From: a virus
Taxonomy: Duplodnaviria; Caudoviricetes
Virus record (IMG/VR): IMGVR_UViG_3300049021_000095
Location: 3,103-67,102 of that record
DNA: 64,000 nucleotides
Reading direction: 5' to 3' (one strand)
Part shown: positions 32,911 through 41,796 of the stretch, in pieces
Layout of the letters: each line of letters begins with the position of its first letter
Position numbering within the stretch: position 1 is the first letter of the stretch
Made by a program: the position numbers and the translations under genes
The notes under the pieces: generated by a model
Seen by the model: only the letters and a program-made list of their open reading frames with translations
What the model was told of the DNA's origin: nothing
Databases searched by the model: none

Positions 32911-33302
32911 AGCCCATCTGTTTGCTGCTGCTGGCCCTATCCACGGCGAGCTGCTCGGTCTTCATGGGCCAGCCACAGCACGCCCCGCTTTGCTACCAAG
33001 CTCTGTCCAGTCAGAAACTCTGCTTCGCCACCGAGCGGGAGCTCAGCGAAGACGTTGCGCGCCGTCAGCGTCTCGCAGTGGAGCGAGCAGCCGAGGAGCG
33101 GGCCAAGCAGCTCGCTCTGGCCATCGTGGCCGAGCGTGACGCGAAGGAGGCGGCCGAGCGAGCTCGGTCTACCGTCGAGCGAGCGGATCGAATCCAGGAC
33201 GATGCCTTCGAGATCTTGGTGGAGATTCACGAGGACGCGGTGAGCCGCGCCAGCGCCGCTGAGTCGTCTAGCTCACCAGAATCTGTGCCAGCGCCGCGAT
33301 AG
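32907..33302 (+). CDS. lipoprotein with coiled coil
   Basis: signal MKPICLLLLALSTAS-C; ATGA overlap with the upstream lipoprotein. Confidence 0.65.
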   Translation: MKPICLLLLALSTASCSVFMGQPQHAPLCYQALSSQKLCFATERELSEDVARRQRLAVERAAEERAKQLALAIVAERDAKEAAERARSTVERADRIQDDAFEILVEIHEDAVSRASAAESSSSPESVPAPR

Positions 33303-33798
33303 CTGCCGGCACCGAGCTGGCTAGCACGAAGGCCTCGACATGATCGCCGGGAGCGCCCCCGGCGATGCCTGACGAGGTGTGGGCCGAGACCTCATTGCCG
33401 AAAGCGTCTGCAGTGCCTGAGTAGCGGTACGCGGCCACGCCGCCAGCGGCCAGCAGCTCGCCGATCGACACCGAGAGCGCTAGTCGCGCCTGCAGATCCA
33501 CCAAGGAAGGTTCTAGCTCCGCGGCGGCCGCTAGCACAGCCTGAAGCTGCAGCGTAGGGTCGGGCGCGCTTACCGTGGCCTCGAGGGAGAGAAGCGCCTG
33601 CGCGCCGCCCGCGATGGCCAGTGCCGGGATCTGGGGCACCGTCAGGGCCGCGACGAGGCTCAGCAGCCCCGTGAGCTTCGCTTGCACTTCGCCGATCGCC
33701 ATCGTGGTAGCCACACTGAGCTCCGCCCCGGCCAGACCGAGCATGGGGTTGGCCTGCCCCACGCTCATGGTGCCGAGCTCTGTCAGGTTGCCGGGCAC
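33268..33798 (-). CDS. Ala/Leu-rich baseplate-region protein
   Basis: 176 aa; collinear with baseplate genes. Confidence 0.65.
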   Translation of the reverse strand: MPGNLTELGTMSVGQANPMLGLAGAELSVATTMAIGEVQAKLTGLLSLVAALTVPQIPALAIAGGAQALLSLEATVSAPDPTLQLQAVLAAAAELEPSLVDLQARLALSVSIGELLAAGGVAAYRYSGTADAFGNEVSAHTSSGIAGGAPGDHVEAFVLASSVPAAIAALAQILVS

Positions 33799-33801
33799 TG
33801 C

Positions 33802-35490
33802 TCAGCTCTTGAACTTGGACTTGCCGGTGGTGATGAAGCCGTAGCCGGGCTGCGCGAGAAGCAGCGTTGGGGCAGTGGGTCCGAAACTGACGAGATAGGG
33901 CACGCCGGGCATCAAAGGGCCAACTGGTGGCGGGATTGGAATCGGGGCAAACGTCACAACCGTCCCGACACCGCCAAACTGCACGAGGTCGCCGACCCGT
34001 GCCTGATCCTGCCCGCCGCCAAGCACCGTGATGAGCTCAACCGTCGCCGGATCGTACTCCCAGCTGCATACGAAGGGTCGTGACGGATCGCCAGCAGCGA
34101 AGGCCAAGTGGCACCGCGCGCCAGCCGAGATCAATGCCTTCATGCCCGGCATACCGTACCGGATTGGCACGTGGTCGAGCCCTCTACCGGCGCCGCGCAT
34201 TACCGCATCATCGGGCAGTAGCTGGAGCGTGCCATCCGCGTTTTGCTTGACGACCTTGCAGGGCCATTCGCGCGAATAGTCGACCTCTTGCTTGGCCTGC
34301 GCGCGGATCTTGCCGAGTGCCGTGCTCGCGCTGGTGGTCTCGATCTCGGTTCGAAGCGTCTCGCCGTAGCGGTGCGTGACGCGCTCGATCCGCTGCCCCT
34401 GGTAGACGGTGCCAGGCACCATGTTCGGGGTGTCGGAGGCCAGGATGAGCGAGCCGCTCGACCAGTTTTCACTGACCAGTGTCCCGTCGGGCTCTACTTC
34501 GGGCCAGGTCTCTTCGCCGAACCAGACCGTGCCGTCGCGCAGCACGCGCCAGGCGCTATCGGTGTGCTCGGCCAGCTTGGTGAGCGCCTGCTCGGCGGTG
34601 CCACCGGCGATCTGCCAGCGCGGGAGCTTCTTTTCGAGCGTTTCCTTGTCGGAGAGATCGGAGAGGTCTTCGCCACAATCCTTCAGGATGTCGCGGACGA
34701 CCTGCCCGATCTTCACGCCCGTGCTGCCAGAGTAGCTGTGGGCGCTCACCTGGTGGGAGAGCCGACCATTGCCACCCACGACCTTGCAGCGAGCTCGAAC
34801 GCCCTCGATGCCGCTCTGCTCGGGGATGGCGGTGCCGGTGAACTCGATGTCGTCGAGGACGAACTTGACCTTGCCGGTCTCGATGGTGTCCTGGTCGAGG
34901 TCCAGGTCGCAGTACCAGGCGCCGATCCGCTTCATGCGGAGCTCGGCCGAGATCGGAGACACGGGGCGGCCGGCGGCAGCTGCGTTGGCTTTGCTCTGGC
35001 AGTCTTGCAGCTGGCCGTTCAACCCACGCAGCGAGCGGTTGACCTTGCCCTGGTCGACTCGACGACCCGGCGGCATGACGCCGTTGGTTCCGGCTACGAG
35101 CTGGGCGGAAGCGTTGAATTCGGCCAGGTCGCGCTCGAGCGTTGCGACACCGGAGATCGCCGCGTTCAACCCGACGACCAACTGCGCGCCGAGCGAGGTG
35201 GTAGCCGAGACGCCGATGCCCAGGCTGACACCCAGCCCAATCTGCGCCGCCGCCGACGCCGAAACGCCGACGCCTAGGCTAAGCGCGTCCGTTGCCTGGC
35301 CTGCCGCGGGCTGGAAGGCGTTCCCCGAGGGGCTCGCCAGCTCCATCGTCACGCCGATTGCGGCAACCGAGTCGAGCGAGGCCTGTAGGCTGCTGAGTAG
35401 CGCGCGTGGCGTCCAGTTGTAGGACGCCTGGCGGTCGACCAGCGCCTGCATCTTCGCTTGCAGCGCCGCAAAGGCGGAGATGCTAGCCAT
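33802..35490 (-). CDS. baseplate hub/spike fusion (VgrG-like) with N-terminal Ala/Gly-rich extension
   Basis: WRVLRDGTVWFG hub motif; OB-fold VVKQNADGTLQL..D...G.RCHLAF..GDP.RP. Confidence 0.75.
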   Translation of the reverse strand: MASISAFAALQAKMQALVDRQASYNWTPRALLSSLQASLDSVAAIGVTMELASPSGNAFQPAAGQATDALSLGVGVSASAAAQIGLGVSLGIGVSATTSLGAQLVVGLNAAISGVATLERDLAEFNASAQLVAGTNGVMPPGRRVDQGKVNRSLRGLNGQLQDCQSKANAAAAGRPVSPISAELRMKRIGAWYCDLDLDQDTIETGKVKFVLDDIEFTGTAIPEQSGIEGVRARCKVVGGNGRLSHQVSAHSYSGSTGVKIGQVVRDILKDCGEDLSDLSDKETLEKKLPRWQIAGGTAEQALTKLAEHTDSAWRVLRDGTVWFGEETWPEVEPDGTLVSENWSSGSLILASDTPNMVPGTVYQGQRIERVTHRYGETLRTEIETTSASTALGKIRAQAKQEVDYSREWPCKVVKQNADGTLQLLPDDAVMRGAGRGLDHVPIRYGMPGMKALISAGARCHLAFAAGDPSRPFVCSWEYDPATVELITVLGGGQDQARVGDLVQFGGVGTVVTFAPIPIPPPVGPLMPGVPYLVSFGPTAPTLLLAQPGYGFITTGKSKFKS

Positions 35491-36107
35491 CAGCCACCGC
35501 CAAGAATCCGCATCTCGGTCTCTTGCGCGTCAGTCGTCGGATAGCCGGCGTTGCCCTGCAGGGCCTTGGCGAGCTTGTTAGGGTCGCCGAAGTAGTCGGG
35601 CTTGGTGTACTTCGGAATGATCGGATTCTCGGGCGTCGACTTCTTGGTCGGCCCCTTCGAGTCCTTCTCTTCCTCGAACCACTCGGCCACGCGGATCGTG
35701 ATGACCATGCCCTTGCGCGCGCTCGGCGCTTCGGTCTTGATCTTGTGGATGTAGATGCTGTTGACGCCGTACGTGTTGGGCAGCGGGTGAACGATAGCCA
35801 GCGGCGTGCGGACGGCGCCCTCGCGGCGGGGCTGGATGTGCGGCAGCTTTTTTTGCCACTCGATCCATTGAGACGCGCGCAGCTCGACCTTGATGGTGAA
35901 GGCGCACGGTGCCAGCCCGTTGTCGCGAATTCGGGGCTTCTCCTTCTTGCGGCGCTTTTGGACGTCGATGTCCTGCCCGTACTCGAAGTCTTCGATCGTG
36001 ATGACGCCCGGCAGGTAGATCTCGCCTAGCTGGCAGATGTCCCAGCTCGAGCCCGCGTACTGCCCGTCGATGAACGTCTCGGCGCCGACCCAGGATTCGG
36101 TGGGCAT
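35490..36107 (-). CDS. tail tube initiator-like protein
   Basis: between tape measure and hub; start taken at MPTESW (TGATG overlap). Confidence 0.65.
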   Translation of the reverse strand: MPTESWVGAETFIDGQYAGSSWDICQLGEIYLPGVITIEDFEYGQDIDVQKRRKKEKPRIRDNGLAPCAFTIKVELRASQWIEWQKKLPHIQPRREGAVRTPLAIVHPLPNTYGVNSIYIHKIKTEAPSARKGMVITIRVAEWFEEEKDSKGPTKKSTPENPIIPKYTKPDYFGDPNKLAKALQGNAGYPTTDAQETEMRILGGG

Positions 36108-37978
36108 CAGGACTCCTCGAGCTCCTTTTTGACCGTAGAGCGCACCTTGCTCATCAAGGCGGCCTCGTCGATCCCGGTGCCGACCTGCCAACCGTTCATG
36201 TTGATCGTCTTGCTCGGCCCGTTGGGCGACTGCTGCTCACCCTCGACCGTCACGCTCTCCTGGCCGACGCCGGCGAGCATGGCCGGGAGCCGTGCGCTCG
36301 CCGAAGACTCGGCGGCAGTTGTGATCGCTGCATTGGCGTTAGACGCGGTGCCCGCTGACTGAATCACGCCAGAAAGCAAGGCGCCGCCGGGTAGCGCGCT
36401 GACCGCTGCGGCCGCCACTCCCTGCACGCCCGCCGCCCCGACTCGACCAAGGGTCCTTTGGAGCCGCTGCACAGCTTCGTCGACCCAAACAATCGCGGCA
36501 TAGACCGCGTACGCGGCAAGACCCACGGCGCCGATCAACAAGTACAGCGGCAGCATCAGCGTGAACCCAGCGACCGCCACAACGCCGAGCGTCAGGCCCA
36601 GGAGTGTCATCACGCCAGCCAGCGCCTTGCCTTGCACGGTGCTGGTATCGAACATCGTGACTGCAAGACGGATTGAGTCCGTCATGAGACCGAGGCCCGT
36701 GCTGAATACTTTCGTTATCGTCGGCCAATTCGCCTCCGTCCACAGGACGAAATACTCGAATTGGTTCAGCAGGAAGCTCCCAAAGCGGGCGATCTTCGGG
36801 TCATTCGCCAGCTTATCGACGAATGACGTCCCCAGCTTCATCAGCCGCTGCAGGCCCGGAAGGATTGCGTCGCCGATGTCGACGAAAGCATTCTGAATTC
36901 GCGCCTTGAAGACGCCGGCCATGCCGGTGAGGGTGCTGGACGCAAAGGCCTTGCCGGCGTCTCCAGTGGTCTTGGAGCCCGTCTTCTTACGAACCGCTTC
37001 GAGGATCGACTCGATGACGTCATTGCTGCCCAGCTGACGCTTCTCCTGCATGGAGATGATCTGCTGGGTCGTCTTGCCGAGTCGCTTGCCGAGAGCTTCG
37101 TAAACGAGCTCGGTCGAAACGCCGGCCTCGCGGAGCTGGTTCAGCTCGTCGCCCTGCAGGTAGCCGGTGTTCTTGATCTGGCTGATGGCGACGATCGCTC
37201 GCTTCGTGTGCTCGGCTGAAGCGCCGATCGCCTGAAGGTCCGCGGACATGCGGAGCAGCTCCTTGGCCTTCCCGATGTCGAATTGCGCCGCGAGGAGCTT
37301 CTGAAATCCGGCTTGCGTGTCGTGGACGTCAAGACCGAGCTGTTGGGCTTCCCGGCGGACGTTGTCGAACTCGGCGGATGCAACCGACGCGCTGCCGGTG
37401 AGCAGGGTGAGCGCCAGCCGCGAGCGCTCGCCGAATGCCGCGGCCTCGACCGATGCCTTGCCGAACTGGTAGGCGAGGTAGCCGACCGCGGCGGCGGCGG
37501 CGAGCGCCCCTGCCGCGATTGCGGCCGCGCCCATGCCGAGGCCGCCCGAAGCGAAGTCGACGAGCCCGCCCTGCTTGTCGAGCTTCTGCTGGGCCATGCC
37601 GAGCTTGAAGTCGGCGACGCGCTTGGCCTCTTTCTTCTGCGTATCGGCGAGCTTCTTGGCATCCTTGCTGGCGTTCGCCAGTTGCAGCTTTGCGACCTTG
37701 GCCGCCTCTCGCTGCTGCCTGGTGGCGTCGGCAGCATTGAGGCGACCGATCCGCGCTAGCTGTGCCACCTGGTCGCGGGCCTGCGAGCGGCGCGCCGCCG
37801 CCGTCATCTTGGACCAGTCGGAAACTCCGCCGCGGCGCGGCGCCGGCGCCTCGAGCGCGCTCTTGGTGCTGAGCGCGGACTTCTTGAGGTCGTCGAGGTC
37901 GCGCTTCGCTTTGCGCGATGGGCCGCTGATGTCGTTGATGAGTGAGGCTTTGAAGCTCACTCCGCCGTCAGCAGCCAC
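36107..37978 (-). CDS. tape measure protein
   Basis: 623 aa Ala-rich helical protein; tape-measure motif AISQIKNTGYLQGDELNQLREAG. Confidence 0.9.
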   Translation of the reverse strand: MAADGGVSFKASLINDISGPSRKAKRDLDDLKKSALSTKSALEAPAPRRGGVSDWSKMTAAARRSQARDQVAQLARIGRLNAADATRQQREAAKVAKLQLANASKDAKKLADTQKKEAKRVADFKLGMAQQKLDKQGGLVDFASGGLGMGAAAIAAGALAAAAAVGYLAYQFGKASVEAAAFGERSRLALTLLTGSASVASAEFDNVRREAQQLGLDVHDTQAGFQKLLAAQFDIGKAKELLRMSADLQAIGASAEHTKRAIVAISQIKNTGYLQGDELNQLREAGVSTELVYEALGKRLGKTTQQIISMQEKRQLGSNDVIESILEAVRKKTGSKTTGDAGKAFASSTLTGMAGVFKARIQNAFVDIGDAILPGLQRLMKLGTSFVDKLANDPKIARFGSFLLNQFEYFVLWTEANWPTITKVFSTGLGLMTDSIRLAVTMFDTSTVQGKALAGVMTLLGLTLGVVAVAGFTLMLPLYLLIGAVGLAAYAVYAAIVWVDEAVQRLQRTLGRVGAAGVQGVAAAAVSALPGGALLSGVIQSAGTASNANAAITTAAESSASARLPAMLAGVGQESVTVEGEQQSPNGPSKTINMNGWQVGTGIDEAALMSKVRSTVKKELEES

Positions 37979-37986
37979 GGTTCACC

Positions 37987-38229
37987 TCACCGACGCCGCG
38001 GGCGCCTACCGCGCTGCTTTTGCAGCTTTGCCCAGGCCTCCGCGAACTGGACGAAGTTTTGCTGGAAGTTGAGAGCAACGGCGCGCGCTTCGGCGACGAG
38101 CAGAGCCCCAAGCAGGGCGTTCTCGGATGGCTCGATAGGTTCATCGTCTTCGCGCTCGCCGACCTGAAATGCGAAAAGCGCGCGAGCGGCCATCAAGTGG
38201 TCGCTGCGCGCGCGTTTCAGTCTTTTCCC
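37987..38229 (-). CDS. -1 frameshift extension of the tail assembly chaperone
   Basis: open frame entered at the slippery site GGGAAAA and continuing RLKRARSDHLMAARAL. Confidence 0.65.
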   Translation of the reverse strand, partial: GKRLKRARSDHLMAARALFAFQVGEREDDEPIEPSENALLGALLVAEARAVALNFQQNFVQFAEAWAKLQKQRGRRPRRR

Positions 38230-38600
38230 AACACGTCCGCATCAGCGCCAGATAGCAGCTGCGCGAGATTTGCTACCTTCGTGGGAAGGCCGGGTTTCTT
38301 GTCGAAGTACTGCTTGAGTGTCTCGCGATCGGGGTAGACGGCTGATGCCAGCGCCAGGTTCTCACCGGCGATGTTCCTGCTCACCTTTTCGTTATTGATC
38401 GCGTCCTGAAAAACCCTGAAGTCCTTCTTGGCCGGCGTCGCAACCACGATGATCCCGCAGCCGCGCTGAAATACGACTTCGATCTCGCCGTGCTTTTCGC
38501 GCAGCTTCTCGATCAGGTCTTTGCTGCACTCGAAGGCCTCTGCGGCCGTCTGCTCACTCAAAGGACGCGCTTCCGCGTCCGCGGTTTCGTTCTCGCTCAC
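38217..38600 (-). CDS. tail assembly chaperone
   Basis: between tail tube and tape measure; ends at the slippery site. Confidence 0.75.
   Translation of the reverse strand: MSENETADAEARPLSEQTAAEAFECSKDLIEKLREKHGEIEVVFQRGCGIIVVATPAKKDFRVFQDAINNEKVSRNIAGENLALASAVYPDRETLKQYFDKKPGLPTKVANLAQLLSGADADVLGKD
38223..38229 (-). promoter_or_regulatory. -1 programmed frameshift heptamer G GGA AAA
   Basis: X XXY YYZ one codon before the chaperone stop; canonical position upstream of the tape measure gene. Confidence 0.75.
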
Positions 38601-38664
38601 GTGCTTCTCCCATTACGTTGCGAGACGCCCGGAATTGGGCGCCTATGTCTGCGGCGCGTGGCCG

Positions 38665-39159
38665 CTAGAGCGTGTTGCCGTAAACGTCCACTCCGTCGTA
38701 GTAGATGTTCCCGACGCGCAGCGGCATGCTGACCATGTTGGGGTCGGATCCGCGCGAACCAGAGTTACCGATCTCGTTCAGCTTCACGCCCTTGAGCGTG
38801 TCGACGTGCAGCACCTTGTCGCCCGTGGCGGGGTCGGTGCCGTAGTACGAGAAGGCGATGGTAAGTGTGAGGTCGAAGAGCCCGACGCCGGCTTCACGCG
38901 CCTGCTCGACGAGCCAGTCGAACCAGAAGCGCAGTACCGTGATCGAGCCCTCGAACTCGGCGTCGCCTTCGGTCGGCTCCGACATCGGAAGGCGGCCTGA
39001 GCCGTACATCTCGGTGCGGTTGGCCTTGGCCGTGTAGTCGAACTCATCGAGCCCGCTGACAAGGCCGAGGCTGACGTTGTTCTGGTTGCCGTTGAGGACG
39101 ACCTCGGTTTCGATCGACGCGAAGTCAGTCGGTACCTGGCGAACAAGTGCGGTTGCCAT
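38665..39159 (-). CDS. tail tube protein
   Basis: follows the sheath gene (TAATG overlap); MYGSGR.P...T.G..EFEGSITV. Confidence 0.75.
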   Translation of the reverse strand: MATALVRQVPTDFASIETEVVLNGNQNNVSLGLVSGLDEFDYTAKANRTEMYGSGRLPMSEPTEGDAEFEGSITVLRFWFDWLVEQAREAGVGLFDLTLTIAFSYYGTDPATGDKVLHVDTLKGVKLNEIGNSGSRGSDPNMVSMPLRVGNIYYDGVDVYGNTL

Positions 39160-40622
39160 TAGGCCGCTACCCCGATGCTGCTGGTGAGGCCGATCTCAGT
39201 AGCGATCGACTCGATCGGCGGGAGAGGAACGGCGCGACACACGCTCTTGAGCTGTCGCGTGGTGAGGATGTTGTTGTTGAGGTCGACGACGTACTCGAGC
39301 GCCGAGACGTGCCCGGGTTGCCCTTCGGCGTTGATGGGGGAGAGGATCTCGTCCCTCAGCGCACTGCGAACCATGGTCTCGATTCGGGCGGCGTCGCGCG
39401 GGTCGATGCGGCCCGTTCCGTCCGGAAGGACGCGCACTTTCTTGAGCAGCCACTGCTGCTGCGCCGAGTAGATGACCCGGCAGATCCGGTCGATGACGCG
39501 GCCCCAGTCCCAGTAAAGGAAGTCGGAGCCGGCCGCGCTCTTCAGGTAGCCGTTCGTCGCGTAGATACCGGCTTCGCCGTCGTAGGTGCGGAGCGTGTTG
39601 ATCTTGTGGGACTCGATAAACGCCTGGCTCGAGCCCTCGTCAGCTGTGATCTTGAGCACCCGGAGCGAGCCGGAAGCGACGCGCCCGAGGTTCTCCGACA
39701 GGTCGGCGCCGGCGGCGCGTTCAGAGAGCACGTGCGCGGCAGAGACGCGGGGCACGCCCCAGCCCGCTCGTGGATTCAGCGTCGGGACGTCGGCCTGCCC
39801 AAAGCAGACAGCTACGCGATTGTTCGCGAACGGAACGACCGAGGTGATGACGTTGGCGCTCGTGTCGTTGCCGCAGTCCATCATGGCGCGCGCCCAGCGC
39901 TTCCGCGCCTCGAGGCTCGACATGAGGGTCGCGACGGTCGCCGCCATGGTCGCCGCGGCAGCTGCCGAAGCGCTGCGCCCGGTGAAGTAGGTCTCTTCGA
40001 CGACGTACTGACCGAGCGCCGCCAGCATCGCGGTCCACGCCGTGGAGAGATCCGCGGTCGTGTACTGGGGCGCCGTGCAAGCGGCGACGTGGTAGTCGCC
40101 GGCTTCGAAGATGATGGGGCCGCCGCCGGGGACGAAGGTCGCCGTGATGTTGGTGCCCGGGATGGCGTACGTGCCGCCGCTCGGGATCGTTAGCTCTTCG
40201 CTGTAGGTGGGCGAGTCAGCGAGCTGGTCGAGCGAGTAGTCGAAACGGCCCACGCCGAGCGCGCCCGTCAGCTTGATGCGGATGCGGAGCTGGTAGGCGT
40301 CGTAGGCAGCTCCCGCGAGCGTGATCGTGCCGGTGCTCGTGGACACCGCCGTCTTCGTCACGGCGCCGGCCGCGCCGGCCGTGCTGGCTGGCGTCTTGAG
40401 CACGAGCACGCCGCCGCGCTCCGTGATCATCGGCAACGCGAGCTCGACCGCTGGCCCTTGGCCGAGCGTGTCTTTGAGGCTGTTTTGGTTGGTCGAGAAG
40501 TACAGCGTCGAAGTCGTGCCGCTCGAGGTGACGCCGATCACGACCGGAAAGATCGTGCCGAGTCCGGAGAGACCGATGCCGCCGTCGCGGACGACGAGCG
40601 TTTGGCCAGCAGGATACACCAT
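39159..40622 (-). CDS. contractile tail sheath protein (DUF2586-like)
   Basis: 487 aa; C-terminal TLRTYDG..GIY.TNG...GSDF.....RVIDR sheath motif. Confidence 0.85.
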   Translation of the reverse strand: MVYPAGQTLVVRDGGIGLSGLGTIFPVVIGVTSSGTTSTLYFSTNQNSLKDTLGQGPAVELALPMITERGGVLVLKTPASTAGAAGAVTKTAVSTSTGTITLAGAAYDAYQLRIRIKLTGALGVGRFDYSLDQLADSPTYSEELTIPSGGTYAIPGTNITATFVPGGGPIIFEAGDYHVAACTAPQYTTADLSTAWTAMLAALGQYVVEETYFTGRSASAAAAATMAATVATLMSSLEARKRWARAMMDCGNDTSANVITSVVPFANNRVAVCFGQADVPTLNPRAGWGVPRVSAAHVLSERAAGADLSENLGRVASGSLRVLKITADEGSSQAFIESHKINTLRTYDGEAGIYATNGYLKSAAGSDFLYWDWGRVIDRICRVIYSAQQQWLLKKVRVLPDGTGRIDPRDAARIETMVRSALRDEILSPINAEGQPGHVSALEYVVDLNNNILTTRQLKSVCRAVPLPPIESIATEIGLTSSIGVAA

Positions 40623-40625
40623 GGC

Positions 40626-41123
40626 TTACAGCCCCTTGCCCTTGTGAGGCGACAGAGCCGGCGCGTGCGGCTCGTAATCGGTGATGGTCGGGATGCCCTT
40701 GTTGGCCATCTCGAGTGAATCGACGGGCTCGCCGGTGGGCTTGCCGTCCTTGTCGATGACGCGCGTCACCGGTTCCGACGCGGCTTTGAGCGCGGACTTG
40801 TAGTCGTCTGCGCTCAGCTTGATCGGCTCACCGGCGTGGTGCGCGTGTTCGCGCCAGCCATGCAGGGCTTCGGCGCCAGCGTGGAACTGGTGATAGAGCT
40901 CGAAGCTGGCGGGCTGGTTGCCAATGACGGCAGTGCGCGTGACCGTCTTCACGCCGCCGAGCGCTTTGGCGTGTTCTTCGGGCGATGCGAGGTCTTTCGG
41001 CGCCTCGACCGCCTTGGTTGACGGCTCCGGGTCGACGTGGCCCGCTACCGGGCCCACCCGTTCGGGCTTGTCTGCGGGCGCAGTGGTGCCGCCCTCCGCC
41101 ACTTTGGGGAAGTCTTTCGACAT
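40626..41123 (-). CDS. hypothetical virion-region protein
   Basis: 165 aa; operon packing. Confidence 0.6.
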   Translation of the reverse strand: MSKDFPKVAEGGTTAPADKPERVGPVAGHVDPEPSTKAVEAPKDLASPEEHAKALGGVKTVTRTAVIGNQPASFELYHQFHAGAEALHGWREHAHHAGEPIKLSADDYKSALKAASEPVTRVIDKDGKPTGEPVDSLEMANKGIPTITDYEPHAPALSPHKGKGL

Positions 41124-41141
41124 GATCTGTTTTGCTTCTCG

Positions 41142-41714
41142 CTAGGGTGCTGGCGGACCGGTCACGATGACCGTTTCAAATGCTTCGAAGTTGCCGTCTT
41201 CGTCTGCGACGCCGTTGTCTTCGGTGACCGTCGACTGGTGGGTCTCGATGGTGGCGAGTGTGAGAGGGACGGAGCCCTCAGAAGGAATGGGGACGTTCAG
41301 AATGACATCGAGGACGTAGAGCTCGCCGTGCTGCATGTGGCGGCCCTCCACTTCCGTGGGAACCGTGTAGCTCTGCAACCCCAGGGACCTCCCGTAAGGC
41401 GTCCTCTTGATTGCCGCGATGATGTCGACAAGGAGATTCCAGCCCTCTTCGAGGGAACTGGTCCACATCCACACTAGGAATCGCGCTAGGGCTGCGTCTT
41501 TGGCGGGGCTCTCTTCAGTTCCCGCCAACAACGGAGAACCAAAATTCCCTCCCTGGTGAAGCCATACGACTTTTCCAGGGCCAGCATTCTTTGCGACTTC
41601 CAGATTTCCGAAAGCCGGCAGGCCGTTTTCATCCCGCGGTATCGGTGTCCTGCCACCTGGTAACGCTTCGTAAGCGTCGTAGATGTCAGAGACGATCTGT
41701 TGCAGCACAAACAT
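41142..41714 (-). CDS. tail terminator/completion-like protein
   Basis: position between the neck gene and the sheath; N-terminal codons atypically A/T-ending. Confidence 0.6.
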   Translation of the reverse strand: MFVLQQIVSDIYDAYEALPGGRTPIPRDENGLPAFGNLEVAKNAGPGKVVWLHQGGNFGSPLLAGTEESPAKDAALARFLVWMWTSSLEEGWNLLVDIIAAIKRTPYGRSLGLQSYTVPTEVEGRHMQHGELYVLDVILNVPIPSEGSVPLTLATIETHQSTVTEDNGVADEDGNFEAFETVIVTGPPAP

Positions 41715-41796
41715 GCTAAGTTTCGTGCTCCAACAGAGTGACCCGGCGCAGCGCTAACTGCCCGGGTCTTGACCCACAGGAAGGTTGATTCCCATG
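41714..41796 (+). promoter_or_regulatory. HNH leader motif copy 3
   Basis: TGCTAAGTT; AGT-GACCCGG-C-GCAG-CGCTAA-CTGC-CCGGGTC; GGAA/TTCC hairpin before the ATG. Confidence 0.8.

Noticed and set aside
34243-35277. 344 aa plus-strand ORF (also 39147-40193, 44626-45495, 45980-46924)
   Set aside because: Antisense frames kept open by high-GC codon bias of the structural genes; no ribosome-binding sites or motifs.
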